Positions 37,647 to 46,660 of a stretch of 62,519 nt of DNA are shown piece by piece (positions within the stretch are counted from its first letter, which is position 1; each line of letters opens with the position of its first letter). The position numbers were made by a program, and so were the translations under genes. The stretch comes from Bacteroidales bacterium. GTDB lineage: Bacteria; Bacteroidota; Bacteroidia; Bacteroidales; WCHB1-69. The notes beneath the pieces were generated by a model. The model was not told where the DNA came from, searched no databases, and saw only the letters and a list, made by a program, of their open reading frames with translations. Location of the stretch: the NCBI GenBank assembly GCA_017962275.1, contig JAGCVQ010000070.1, forward strand, positions 1 to 62,519, given 5' to 3'.

Positions 37647-38842
37647 CCGAACAACAACTTGAACATTATCCACAATTTATCGAGAGGATAGTTGAAAAAC
37701 ACCCAGCCGACAGTCACGAAAAGGAACGTGCCAACGATGCCGGACACCTTCCGCAGTTTGGTCATCCCCTTGACGGGTTTTCCGTACGTAAAGAGCTTAT
37801 ATACAGAGAGTCCCACGCCATGCCAGAGACCCCAGATCACAAAGTTGACGGTGCTGCCGTGCCAGAGGCCGCAGACGAGGAAGGTGACGAGGTAGGCTGT
37901 GACCGAGACCACCATCCGGTATCGGGCAATCGGCAGTCGGTTCAGCAGCGAAATCACCGGTTTGAAAACATAAATCCGCAAAAAAGTGGAGAACGTGATG
38001 TGCCAACGCTTCCAAAACTCCGAGATATTGGTGGAAAAGTACGGATTGTCGAAGTTCTCAGGGGTTCGAACGCCCATCATGTAGGCCATGCCGATGGCCA
38101 TGTCGCAATAGCCGGAGAAGTCGATGTAGATGTAAAGCGAATAGAGCAGCGCCGCCGAGCAGACTGCGCCCCACGGCCCGAGATTCGGCAGAAGCACCTC
38201 ATAGTCAATCGCATACGGCTTTATCAACGGCACGATCAGCAGGGCTTTCACCGCCCCGATGAAGATTCTGCCCACGCCGGCCATCAGCATCCGCCGGTTG
38301 AAACGCACGCGGGTCGTGGTCAGCCAGTAGTGGAAGTTGTTGAACGTGTCGATGGGACCGGCCATGAAGGTCGGGAAGAAGAAGAGGTAGTTGAGGAAGG
38401 TCAGGAAATCACGGCTGCGGAGGGTGCCTTTGTAACTCTCCACCAGCCAGTGGACGAGGCGGAACAGGATGTACGACAGCCCGATTTTCTCCACCGAAAG
38501 GAAGTGCTTGCCAAGAATGTCCGTCCACCAGCTGCCAAGCCACGACTGCACCAGCGAGTAGTTGCGGACGGAGAAGAGGAGAATCAGCAGGGAGAGCGCC
38601 ATCGCCAGCACCCATCCGGATTTGCGTTTCTGGAGCAGGAGCCCCGCGCCGTAGGCCAACAGGGCCAGCAGCGAGAGCAGGAACAGCGACTTCCAAGAGA
38701 CGATATGCGTCAGTATCAGGATGTTGCCCCCAACCAGCAGCAAATTGTCGAGCCAACTCCTCTTGATCATCCACCTGCAGAACACAAACAGGAGGACGAA
38801 GAGGATAATGGTGAAAAAGAGTTCGTAGCTGGTGAACAACAT
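37643..38842 (-). CDS. dltB: MBOAT family O-acyltransferase (DltB/AlgI-like)
   Basis: GLSY, FFPTFMAGPID, DFSGY.DMA, PENFDNPY, FWKRWHIT, GLWHG. Confidence 0.85.
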   Translation of the reverse strand: MLFTSYELFFTIILFVLLFVFCRWMIKRSWLDNLLLVGGNILILTHIVSWKSLFLLSLLALLAYGAGLLLQKRKSGWVLAMALSLLILLFSVRNYSLVQSWLGSWWTDILGKHFLSVEKIGLSYILFRLVHWLVESYKGTLRSRDFLTFLNYLFFFPTFMAGPIDTFNNFHYWLTTTRVRFNRRMLMAGVGRIFIGAVKALLIVPLIKPYAIDYEVLLPNLGPWGAVCSAALLYSLYIYIDFSGYCDMAIGMAYMMGVRTPENFDNPYFSTNISEFWKRWHITFSTFLRIYVFKPVISLLNRLPIARYRMVVSVTAYLVTFLVCGLWHGSTVNFVIWGLWHGVGLSVYKLFTYGKPVKGMTKLRKVSGIVGTFLFVTVGWVFFNYPLDKLWIMFKLLFG

Positions 38843-38916
38843 ACAGACAAATTACATCTACACGGCAAAAATACAAAAAATGTCTCTTTGCACACTGAAA
38901 TCAATAATCTTTGTGA

Positions 38917-39003
38917 GGCCGCCGACAGTTCCGGATGTCATCTGACCGGGGCCAACTTGGTTGATTCTTGCCATCGCTATCTGTTTTAGAACTGTTCACG
39001 GCC
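38917..39003 (-). ncRNA. Candidate ~90-nt structured small RNA or leader
   Basis: Begins right after TATCTTTG box (39005-39012); ends pair GGCCG..ACAGTTC / GAACTGT..CGGCC. Confidence 0.35.
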
Positions 39004-39060
39004 GCAAAGATACATTTTATTCCCTACGTTCCATCGCCCTTGGCAAGGGGTTCCCAAGGA

Positions 39061-39184
39061 GATGCCATACTGTTGCCATACTGTAGCCATAGTGTAGCCA
39101 TACTTAAGAGTATGGCATCAGTATGGCATCACTATGGCAACACTATGGCAACACTATGGGTATGGCGATACATCAGTATGGCAC
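39061..39184. repeat. Inverted arrays of 11-bp units (GCCATACTGTT-like x4, then ATCAGTATGGC-like x5)
   Basis: Direct reading; centre TAAG at 39105-39108. Confidence 0.85.
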
Positions 39185-39360
39185 CGGGGAGGGAGTAAAG
39201 GTTGACCTCTTCCCCAGCTCCTCTCCAAAATGGAGAGTGGTGGTCCCGATTACCCCTAACAGTTCCTCACATTGCAGTCGGTGGACTCCTCCCCCATTTG
39301 GGGAAGGCGGGGTGGGGGTAAAATAACATAGAGAAGGGGAGGCCGGGTGGGGGTAACACC

Positions 39361-40602
39361 TCACCCCCCGAAGTCATCGTAATGGATCATCTCCTTCGGG
39401 ACGCCCAGACTGTCGAGCATCTTCAGCACGGCCTGCAGCATGAGGGGCGGACCGCAGATGTAGTATTCGATGTCTTCGGGGGCGGGGTGCGACTTCAGGT
39501 ACTGCTCGAAAATCACGTTGTGGATGAAGCCGGTGGGACCGGTCCAATTGTCCTCGGGAAGCGCGTCGGAGAGGGCGATGTGGAACTCGAAGTTGTCGTG
39601 TTCCGCCGCGAGTTGCTCGAACTCGTCCATGTAGAACAGCTCCTTGCGCGAGCGACCGCCGTACCAAAAGGTGGTCTTCCGCCGCGTGCCCTTCACCTTG
39701 AACTGGTCGAAGATGTGCGAACGCATGGGCGCCATACCCGCGCCGCCGCCGATGAACATCATCTCGCGGTCGGTGTCCTCCACGAAGAAGTCGCCGTAAG
39801 GTCCCGACACAAAGACCTTGTCGCCGGGCTTCAGACTGTAGATGAACGATGACGCCACGCCGGGATTCACCTTCTCCATGCGGCCTTTCTTGCGGTTGAA
39901 CGGCGGGGTGGCGATGCGCACGTTGAGCATCACGATGCCGTTCTCCGCCGGATAGTTGGCCATCGAATAAGCCCGCACGGTGGGACTTCCGTTCTTCATC
40001 CGCAGGTCGAAAAGCCCCATCTTCTGCCAATCGGCGCGGTAGGGTTCCTCAATGTCCATATCGCTGAAATTGACCGTGCAGGCGGGGATGTCGATCTGGA
40101 TGTAGCCGCCGGAACGAAAATCCATCACCTCGCCGTCGGGCAGTTGCAGCACCAACGCCTTGATGAAGGTGGCCACATTGCGATTGGAAACGACGGTACA
40201 CTCCCATTTCTTGATGCCGAAGAAGCTCTCGGGAATCTCAATCTCCATGTCCTCGCGCACCTTCACCTGGCAGAAAAGCCGGTAATGGTCGGCGGCCTCC
40301 TTGCGGGAGATGTGCGCCAACTCGGTGGGCAGGATCTCGCCGCCGCCGGAAAGCACCTTGCCCCGACACGTACCGCACGATCCGCCCCCGCCGCACGCCG
40401 ACGGCACAAACACCTTCCCGTCGGCCAACGCCTGCAACAACGTACATCCGCGCTCATGTTCAATCTCCTTCTTCCCGTTGATGCTGATCTTCACCGATCC
40501 CCCAGGAATCATCTTCTTACGGGCGAACAACAGCAAACCCACTAATAACCAGATGATTACCAGGAAGATCACGATGGCCGCTATGATTGTCAGTATGGTC
40601 AT
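39361..40602 (-). CDS. nqrF: Na(+)-translocating NADH:quinone reductase subunit F
   Basis: [39 protein letters not shown]. Confidence 0.95.
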   Translation of the reverse strand: MTILTIIAAIVIFLVIIWLLVGLLLFARKKMIPGGSVKISINGKKEIEHERGCTLLQALADGKVFVPSACGGGGSCGTCRGKVLSGGGEILPTELAHISRKEAADHYRLFCQVKVREDMEIEIPESFFGIKKWECTVVSNRNVATFIKALVLQLPDGEVMDFRSGGYIQIDIPACTVNFSDMDIEEPYRADWQKMGLFDLRMKNGSPTVRAYSMANYPAENGIVMLNVRIATPPFNRKKGRMEKVNPGVASSFIYSLKPGDKVFVSGPYGDFFVEDTDREMMFIGGGAGMAPMRSHIFDQFKVKGTRRKTTFWYGGRSRKELFYMDEFEQLAAEHDNFEFHIALSDALPEDNWTGPTGFIHNVIFEQYLKSHPAPEDIEYYICGPPLMLQAVLKMLDSLGVPKEMIHYDDFGG

Positions 40603-40627
40603 TTCATTTTTCTTTCTTATTCTTCCG

Positions 40628-40754
40628 ACCCCACACTGCGCTCCTCCGTCGCTTATGTGGGGTTATTAAAATGTTGTCCCTCCGGGACTGCTCAAGGAAT
40701 TATTCTATCATTTCTTCATCTCAACTACTAACTGCTAACTACTAACTGCTAACT
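40628..40754 (-). repeat. REP-A plus (GTTAGYA)n array
   Basis: Same composite spacer as elsewhere. Confidence 0.8.
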
Positions 40755-40760
40755 TACGAA

Positions 40761-41363
40761 TTACATTCCGAGGAAGGCCATAAATCCCATCCCCAAGAGT
40801 CCCGTGATGATGTACGCGATGCCGTTGCCTTGCAGTTTGGGCGGGATTTTCGCGTACTTGAGCCGTTCGCGGATGGCGGCGAAGGCGGTGATGGCCAATA
40901 GCCAACCCACGCCCGAACCGACCGCGTAAGAGAGACTGTGCGCCACGGTGGGGAAGTTCCGTTCCTGCATGAAGAGCGAACCGCCGAGGATGGCGCAGTT
41001 GACGGCAATCAGCGGCAGGAAGATGCCCAGCGCCATGTTCAACGCGGGGAGATACCGCTCGAAGACCATCTCCAACAACTGCACAATGCCTGCAATCACC
41101 GCGATGAAGATGATCAGCGACAGAAACGAGAGATCGGTGGTCGCAAAGCGCCCGCTCAGCCACGTAAGCGCCCCCTCGCGAAGCAGATACTTGTCAATCA
41201 AGTAGTTGACGGGCACGGTGACCGTCAACACAAAGCACACCGCCAAGCCCAGCCCGAAGGCGGTCTTCACGTTCTTGGAGACGGCCAGATAGGAACACAT
41301 CCCCAGGAAGTAGGCGAAGATCATGTTGTCGATGAAGACGGAGCGGACGAATAGTTCTATCAT
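40761..41363 (-). CDS. nqrE: Na(+)-NQR subunit E
   Basis: [33 protein letters not shown]. Confidence 0.92.
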   Translation of the reverse strand: MIELFVRSVFIDNMIFAYFLGMCSYLAVSKNVKTAFGLGLAVCFVLTVTVPVNYLIDKYLLREGALTWLSGRFATTDLSFLSLIIFIAVIAGIVQLLEMVFERYLPALNMALGIFLPLIAVNCAILGGSLFMQERNFPTVAHSLSYAVGSGVGWLLAITAFAAIRERLKYAKIPPKLQGNGIAYIITGLLGMGFMAFLGM

Positions 41364-41395
41364 AGGGGTTAAGGGGTTACACGGTTACAGGGTTA

Positions 41396-41473
41396 GGCCC
41401 CACACTGCGGCTATCGCCTTGTGTGGGGTTATTAGCACTTCGTGCGTTTTGTCCCTTCGGGACTGTTTAAGGA
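41396..41473 (-). repeat. REP-A element
   Basis: Near-identical to revcomp of 827-904. Confidence 0.85.
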
Positions 41474-41497
41474 AAAAGGTTCTAATAATATCTTTCA

Positions 41498-42451
41498 TTA
41501 TACATTCTTCATTTCTTCATTCTTCATTGTGTTTCTTTCCCAAAATACGCCGTCGCGATACCCTTGAATGGCGGGGTTCGATTCGGCGAGGAGGAGACGT
41601 TTGGCGGACCAGAGGCAGTATTCGGGGTTGATTTCGATGCAGCAGAAGTGGCGGTTGAGCTTTTTGGCGACGACGGCGGAGGTGCCGCTGCCGGAGAAGG
41701 GGTCGAAGATGCGGTCGCCAGGGTTGGAGGAAGCCAGCATCAACTTGGCGTAAAGCTTTTCGGGCTTCTGCGTGGGGTGGTCGGTGTTCTCGGGCATCGA
41801 CCAGAATGGGATGCTGATGTCGTCCCAGAAGTTCGAGGGATGCGTCATCCGGAACTTGCCGGCGGCAGTGTCGTCCCAATCTTTCGGCTGACCGTCCACG
41901 CGGTACGGAGCCAGCACTTTCCGTTTCATCATGACGGCATCCACGTTGAAGGTGTAGTGTTTCGGGTCCTTCACGGCGAACCAGATGTCCTCCATGCCGT
42001 TCTTCCAGTTGGACTTCGCCCCCCTACCCTTCTCGCGCTGCCAGGTGATGCGGTTCAGAATCGTAAGCCGCTCTTCGACAACCCGTTGCATGGACGAAGA
42101 GCATTTCCAATCGCCGCACATATAAAGCGAACCCGTCGGACTGAGTTTGTCGCAAACCTTGCCGAACCAACTGCGCAGAAACGCTTCGTAATCGTCGGGC
42201 TTCATGGCGGAAAACTTCCGGCCGTGGAAGTCCTTGTCGAGATTGTACGGAGGATCAATGATGACGAGATCGAAGTAGCCATCGGGGATAAGGTCAAGAC
42301 AATCATAGAGGTCGCCGTTGACGAGCAGGTCGTCACGGAAGCCGGAACGCAGATCGTCGGCCGCGGTGATGAGCGGTTCCAGCTGCGCACGGTCGTCCTC
42401 CCGGACGGTGATCGTCCGGTTTCGATTTGCCCTATGTTTCTCTGTTTGCAC
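41498..42451 (-). CDS. Orphan site-specific DNA methyltransferase (N6-adenine/N4-cytosine, beta class)
   Basis: DPPY precedes DPFSGSG; HPTQKP; GTG start. Confidence 0.9.
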   Translation of the reverse strand: MQTEKHRANRNRTITVREDDRAQLEPLITAADDLRSGFRDDLLVNGDLYDCLDLIPDGYFDLVIIDPPYNLDKDFHGRKFSAMKPDDYEAFLRSWFGKVCDKLSPTGSLYMCGDWKCSSSMQRVVEERLTILNRITWQREKGRGAKSNWKNGMEDIWFAVKDPKHYTFNVDAVMMKRKVLAPYRVDGQPKDWDDTAAGKFRMTHPSNFWDDISIPFWSMPENTDHPTQKPEKLYAKLMLASSNPGDRIFDPFSGSGTSAVVAKKLNRHFCCIEINPEYCLWSAKRLLLAESNPAIQGYRDGVFWERNTMKNEEMKNV

Positions 42452-42479
42452 GTTTGTTTATTGTCTTTCTTCGTCTCTC

Positions 42480-42668
42480 GCCCCACACTGCGCTCCGTAC
42501 GTCGCTTATGTGGGGTTAATTGTAGAGACGCAAAATTTTGCGTCTCTACGACGCGCGTCTTGTCCCTCCGGGACCCCCTCTTACAGACCCCACACTGCGC
42601 TCCTCCGTCGCTTATGTGGGGTTATTAGCGCTTCGCGCGTCTTGTCCCTCCGGGACTGCTTAAGGAAT
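42480..42668 (-). repeat. Two tandem REP-A units with nested GTAG palindrome (42522-42549)
   Basis: Direct reading. Confidence 0.85.
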
Positions 42669-42723
42669 ATTTTTTAATATTATCACCATCATACATCCTT
42701 AATTCTTCATTATGCATTCTTCA

Positions 42724-43323
42724 TTATGCATTCTTAATTGCAACACTGTTTTTTGCCCAGATAATCACTCCTATCAGAATCAGCGCCATGGGCGGGAGGA
42801 TCATGAGGCCATTGTTGAGGTAGCCGGCGGCGTACCAGCTGTCCGGGACGACTTGGTGGTTCCAGAGGGTGCCGGAGCCCAAAAGTTCCCGGAAAAAGGC
42901 TACCACGACGAGCACCAGCCCGTAGCCGAGACCGTTCATCAGTCCGTCCATGAGCGAGGGCAACGGCTTGTGCGACAGCGCGAAAGCCTCCAGACGACCC
43001 ATGATGATGCAGTTGGTGATGATGAGTCCGACGAACACCGACAGCAGCTTGCTCACATCGTAGAGATACGACTGCAGGAGGAGATCGACGAGAATGACGA
43101 AAAAGGAGACCACGAGCAACTGCACGATGATGCGGATGCGGGAGGGTATCGTATTGCGTATCAACGAGATGATGAAGTTCGAGCAGGCGCACACCACCGT
43201 CACGGAGAGGGCCATGACCACCGCGGGCTTGAGCTGCGCGGTGACGGCCAACGCCGAGCACACACCGAGTGTCTGCACGAGAATCGGGTTATCCTTGCTG
43301 AGGGGTCCGAGGTATTTCTTCAT
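42724..43323 (-). CDS. nqrD: Na(+)-NQR subunit D
   Basis: NPILVQTLGVCSALAVT, GLIITNCIIMGRLEAFA; start MKKYLG. Confidence 0.9.
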   Translation of the reverse strand: MKKYLGPLSKDNPILVQTLGVCSALAVTAQLKPAVVMALSVTVVCACSNFIISLIRNTIPSRIRIIVQLLVVSFFVILVDLLLQSYLYDVSKLLSVFVGLIITNCIIMGRLEAFALSHKPLPSLMDGLMNGLGYGLVLVVVAFFRELLGSGTLWNHQVVPDSWYAAGYLNNGLMILPPMALILIGVIIWAKNSVAIKNA

Positions 43324-43427
43324 CTTGATAATTACGAGGCGGCAAAGGTACACAAAATACGAATACAGACCGATATTCAACTATAACCAAAAATTTTGTA
43401 TCTTTGCCCCGTAAAATTTTACGTAAA

Positions 43428-44537
43428 ATGTACAATAACGACCCGCGCACCGTCATCACATTGGACGCCGGCGGCACGCATTTCCGGTTCTCGGCAATGC
43501 GCGGCTGTGAGGCTGTCACCGACACTTTCGAACTGCCCACCCACCCCAACGACCTCCCTCAGCTTTTGGAGGATTTGCGGACTGGCTTCCAGCATATTAT
43601 CGACCAGCTCCCGGAGAAGCCCGTGGCCATCAGCTTCGCCTTCCCGGGCCCGGCAGACTATCCCAACGGTGTCTTTCCCGACCGGCTCACCAACTTCCCC
43701 TGCTTTGAGGGCGGGGTCGCACTGGGAGCCTTTCTGGAACGTCAGTTCGGGTTGCCCGTCTTCATCAACAACGACGCCGACCTGTTCACCTACGGCGAGG
43801 CGCTGGCGGGCGCACTCCCAATGCTCAACGAGAAAATCCGTTCTGCCGGCGGCGTGAAGGAGTACCACAACCTCATCGGCTTCATCCTCGGCACGGGCTT
43901 CGGCATCGGCATCACCACCCACGACCAGATGTTCATGGGCGATAACTGCTGCTCGGAAATCTACTGCTCGCCCAGCAAATGGGGACAGGAACTCATCGCC
44001 GAGGAAGGCGTTTCGCTCCGCGCCGTGCTGCGCTACTACCGCGAATTGGCGAAGGATGACAATGCCGGCGGTTACAAAGATTCCTATGACATCTACCGCA
44101 TCGCCGACGGCACCCTCGAAGGTGACCGCGAGGCCGCGCTGAAGGCCTTCGAACGTTTCGGGGAGGCAGCAGGTTACACCATCGCGCATGCCGCCTGCAT
44201 GTTGGACGGTATCATCGTGCTCGGCGGCGGGGTCAGCAAGGCCGCGAAATTCTACCTGCCCGCCCTGCTGAAGGAACTCCGCACCGAAATGCACACCCTC
44301 GGCGGACAGACCCTTCCGCGTGTGCCCTCTTATATCTACAACCTTGAAGACCCGCAGGAGTTCGAACAATTCGTCCACGGCAAGACCAAGGAGATCGAAA
44401 TCTTCGGCACCGGCGAGCGCGTCCGCATCGACACGCAGAAACGTCTCGGCATCACCCTCTCCCAGCTCGGCACCTCCCGCGCCACCGCCATCGGCGCATA
44501 TTGCTTCGCTTTGCATGCGCTGGACTCCCGCAGTTAG
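43428..44537 (+). CDS. ROK family sugar kinase
   Basis: TLDAGGT, AFPGPADY, INNDAD, LGTGFGIG. Confidence 0.88.
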   Translation: MYNNDPRTVITLDAGGTHFRFSAMRGCEAVTDTFELPTHPNDLPQLLEDLRTGFQHIIDQLPEKPVAISFAFPGPADYPNGVFPDRLTNFPCFEGGVALGAFLERQFGLPVFINNDADLFTYGEALAGALPMLNEKIRSAGGVKEYHNLIGFILGTGFGIGITTHDQMFMGDNCCSEIYCSPSKWGQELIAEEGVSLRAVLRYYRELAKDDNAGGYKDSYDIYRIADGTLEGDREAALKAFERFGEAAGYTIAHAACMLDGIIVLGGGVSKAAKFYLPALLKELRTEMHTLGGQTLPRVPSYIYNLEDPQEFEQFVHGKTKEIEIFGTGERVRIDTQKRLGITLSQLGTSRATAIGAYCFALHALDSRS

Positions 44538-44638
44538 TAGTTAGTAGTTAGTAGTTGCACTGGCGAGAACCTATTGACCTTGAACTTTGAACCTTGAACC
44601 ATGGAACCTGAAACTTGGAACTAAAAATATCACCCAAT

Positions 44639-46366
44639 ATGGCAAAAGACATCACCCAAATGAACATCGATTCCTGGCTGACCGGGAAATTCGACCAAAA
44701 CACGAAAAAAGAGATCCTGCGGATGCAGGAGGAGGAGCCGGCAGCCTTGTCGGACGCCTTTTACAGAACCCTGGAATTCGGCACCGGCGGCATGCGCGGC
44801 ATCCTCGGCGTCGGCACCAACCGCATGAACAAATACACAGTCGGCTTCGCCACGCAAGGTCTGGCCAACTACCTCATCAAGTGCTTCAAGCAGGACATCA
44901 AGGTGGCCATCTCGTTCGATTCACGGAACTTCAGCTCCGACTTCGCGAGCATCGCCGCCAACATCTTGGCCGCCAACGGAATACAGGTCTATCTGTTCGA
45001 TTCGCTCCGCCCCACCCCGGAGCTCTCGTTTGCGGTGCGCCACCTGCAGTGCAACGCCGGCATCATGATCACCGCGTCGCATAACCCGAAGGAATACAAC
45101 GGCTACAAGGTCTATTGGAACGACGGCGGTCAGCTCGTGCCCCCGCACGACAAGAACGTCATCACCGAGGTCAACAAGATCAAGGATGTCGATCAGGTGA
45201 AATGGGACGGTCGTCCGGATCTCATCCGTTCCATCGGCAAAGACGTTGACAACGTGTACCTTACGCTGATCAAACGACTGTCGCTGAATCCCGAAGTGGT
45301 GGCCGAGAACCCCGACCTCTGCATCGTCTATACCCCGCTGCACGGTACCGGCATCTCCGTGGTACCGCAAGCATTGTCGGACTTCGGCTTCAAGAACGTG
45401 CACATCGTGAAGGAGCAGGCCGTCACCGACGGCAACTTCCCGACGGTGAAATCCCCGAATCCGGAGGAGCACGCCGCGTTGGAGTTGGCTATCAAGGAAG
45501 CCAAGAAAGTGAAAGCCGACATCGTGTTGGCCACCGATCCCGACGCCGACCGCGTGGGCATCGCCGTGCGCGGCAAGGGCGGCAAATACCAACTCTTCAA
45601 CGGCAACCAGACCGCCACGTTGCTGTTCCACTATGTGCTGTCGCAGACCAAGATCAACCCGCTGGAAAACAACAACTTCGTGGTGAAGACTATTGTCACC
45701 ACCGACCTCATCGAACAGGTTGCCAGCGATTTCAACGTGGAATGCTTCAACGTGCTGACCGGTTTCAAATACATCGCCGAGAAGATCCGTGAGTTCGAGG
45801 GCGTGAAGAACTTCCTCGTCGGCGGTGAGGAGAGCTACGGCTACCTCGTCGGCGACTTCGTGCGCGACAAGGACGCGGTTTCGGCTTGCTGCTTGATTGC
45901 CGAGATGGCCGCCTACTACAAGAGCGTCCACAAACGCACACTGATCCAGCAATTGGAGGCCTTATATCGTCAGTATCAATACTTTAAGGAAGACATGGTC
46001 TCCCTGACGGAACCCGGCGAAGAGGGAATGCAGGCCATCCAGAAACGGATGAGCGACCTGCGCGAGAACATGCCCATGACCCTCGGCGGCCAGCAGGTGC
46101 TGAAAGCCTACGACTACAAGGCACAGCACTCCTGCAACATGATCTCCACCACCCGCGACCGCATCGAACTGCCGATGTCCAACGTCCTGCAGTTCGTCAC
46201 CGCCGACGGCAGCAAGGTCACCGTGCGTCCCTCCGGCACCGAGCCCAAGATCAAGTTCTACTTCAGTGTCCGCGAGACCCTCGAAGCCGACCAAACCCTC
46301 GAAGAGGCCGAAACGATCCTGACCGACCGCATCGCCGCGCTGAAGAAAGACCTGGGACTTTGTTAG
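44639..46366 (+). CDS. pgm: Phospho-sugar mutase (phosphoglucomutase/phosphomannomutase)
   Basis: FGTGGMRG, TASHNP, DPDADR, GEESYG, RPSGTEPK. Confidence 0.93.
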   Translation: MAKDITQMNIDSWLTGKFDQNTKKEILRMQEEEPAALSDAFYRTLEFGTGGMRGILGVGTNRMNKYTVGFATQGLANYLIKCFKQDIKVAISFDSRNFSSDFASIAANILAANGIQVYLFDSLRPTPELSFAVRHLQCNAGIMITASHNPKEYNGYKVYWNDGGQLVPPHDKNVITEVNKIKDVDQVKWDGRPDLIRSIGKDVDNVYLTLIKRLSLNPEVVAENPDLCIVYTPLHGTGISVVPQALSDFGFKNVHIVKEQAVTDGNFPTVKSPNPEEHAALELAIKEAKKVKADIVLATDPDADRVGIAVRGKGGKYQLFNGNQTATLLFHYVLSQTKINPLENNNFVVKTIVTTDLIEQVASDFNVECFNVLTGFKYIAEKIREFEGVKNFLVGGEESYGYLVGDFVRDKDAVSACCLIAEMAAYYKSVHKRTLIQQLEALYRQYQYFKEDMVSLTEPGEEGMQAIQKRMSDLRENMPMTLGGQQVLKAYDYKAQHSCNMISTTRDRIELPMSNVLQFVTADGSKVTVRPSGTEPKIKFYFSVRETLEADQTLEEAETILTDRIAALKKDLGLC

Positions 46367-46656
46367 TTAGCAGTTAGTAGTTAGCAGTTGTGACGGAAAA
46401 GGCAATGTGATATTGAAAATAAATCCTTGAGCAGTCCCGGAGGGACAAGACGCACGAAGTGCTAACAACCCCACATAAGGCGACAGCCGCAATGTGGGGT
46501 GGCAACGAAACGAATGAACATTACCGAAGAAGACATCCGAAGAATAGTTAGCAGTTAGCAGTTGCACTGGCGAGAAACCACAGACCTTGAACCTTGAACT
46601 TTGAATCAGTAAACAGTAAACAGTAAACGGTAAACGGTAAACAGTAAACAGTAAAC
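46362..46656 (+). repeat. Composite spacer: GTTAGYA array, REP-A (46423-46500), mini-ORF, GTTAGCA, TTGAACY and GTAAACR arrays
   Basis: Direct reading. Confidence 0.8.
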
Positions 46657-46660
46657 CAAT

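Noticed and set aside
40761-43323. rnfA/rnfE instead of nqrE/nqrD
   Set aside because: N-terminal motifs and linkage to nqrF favour Nqr.
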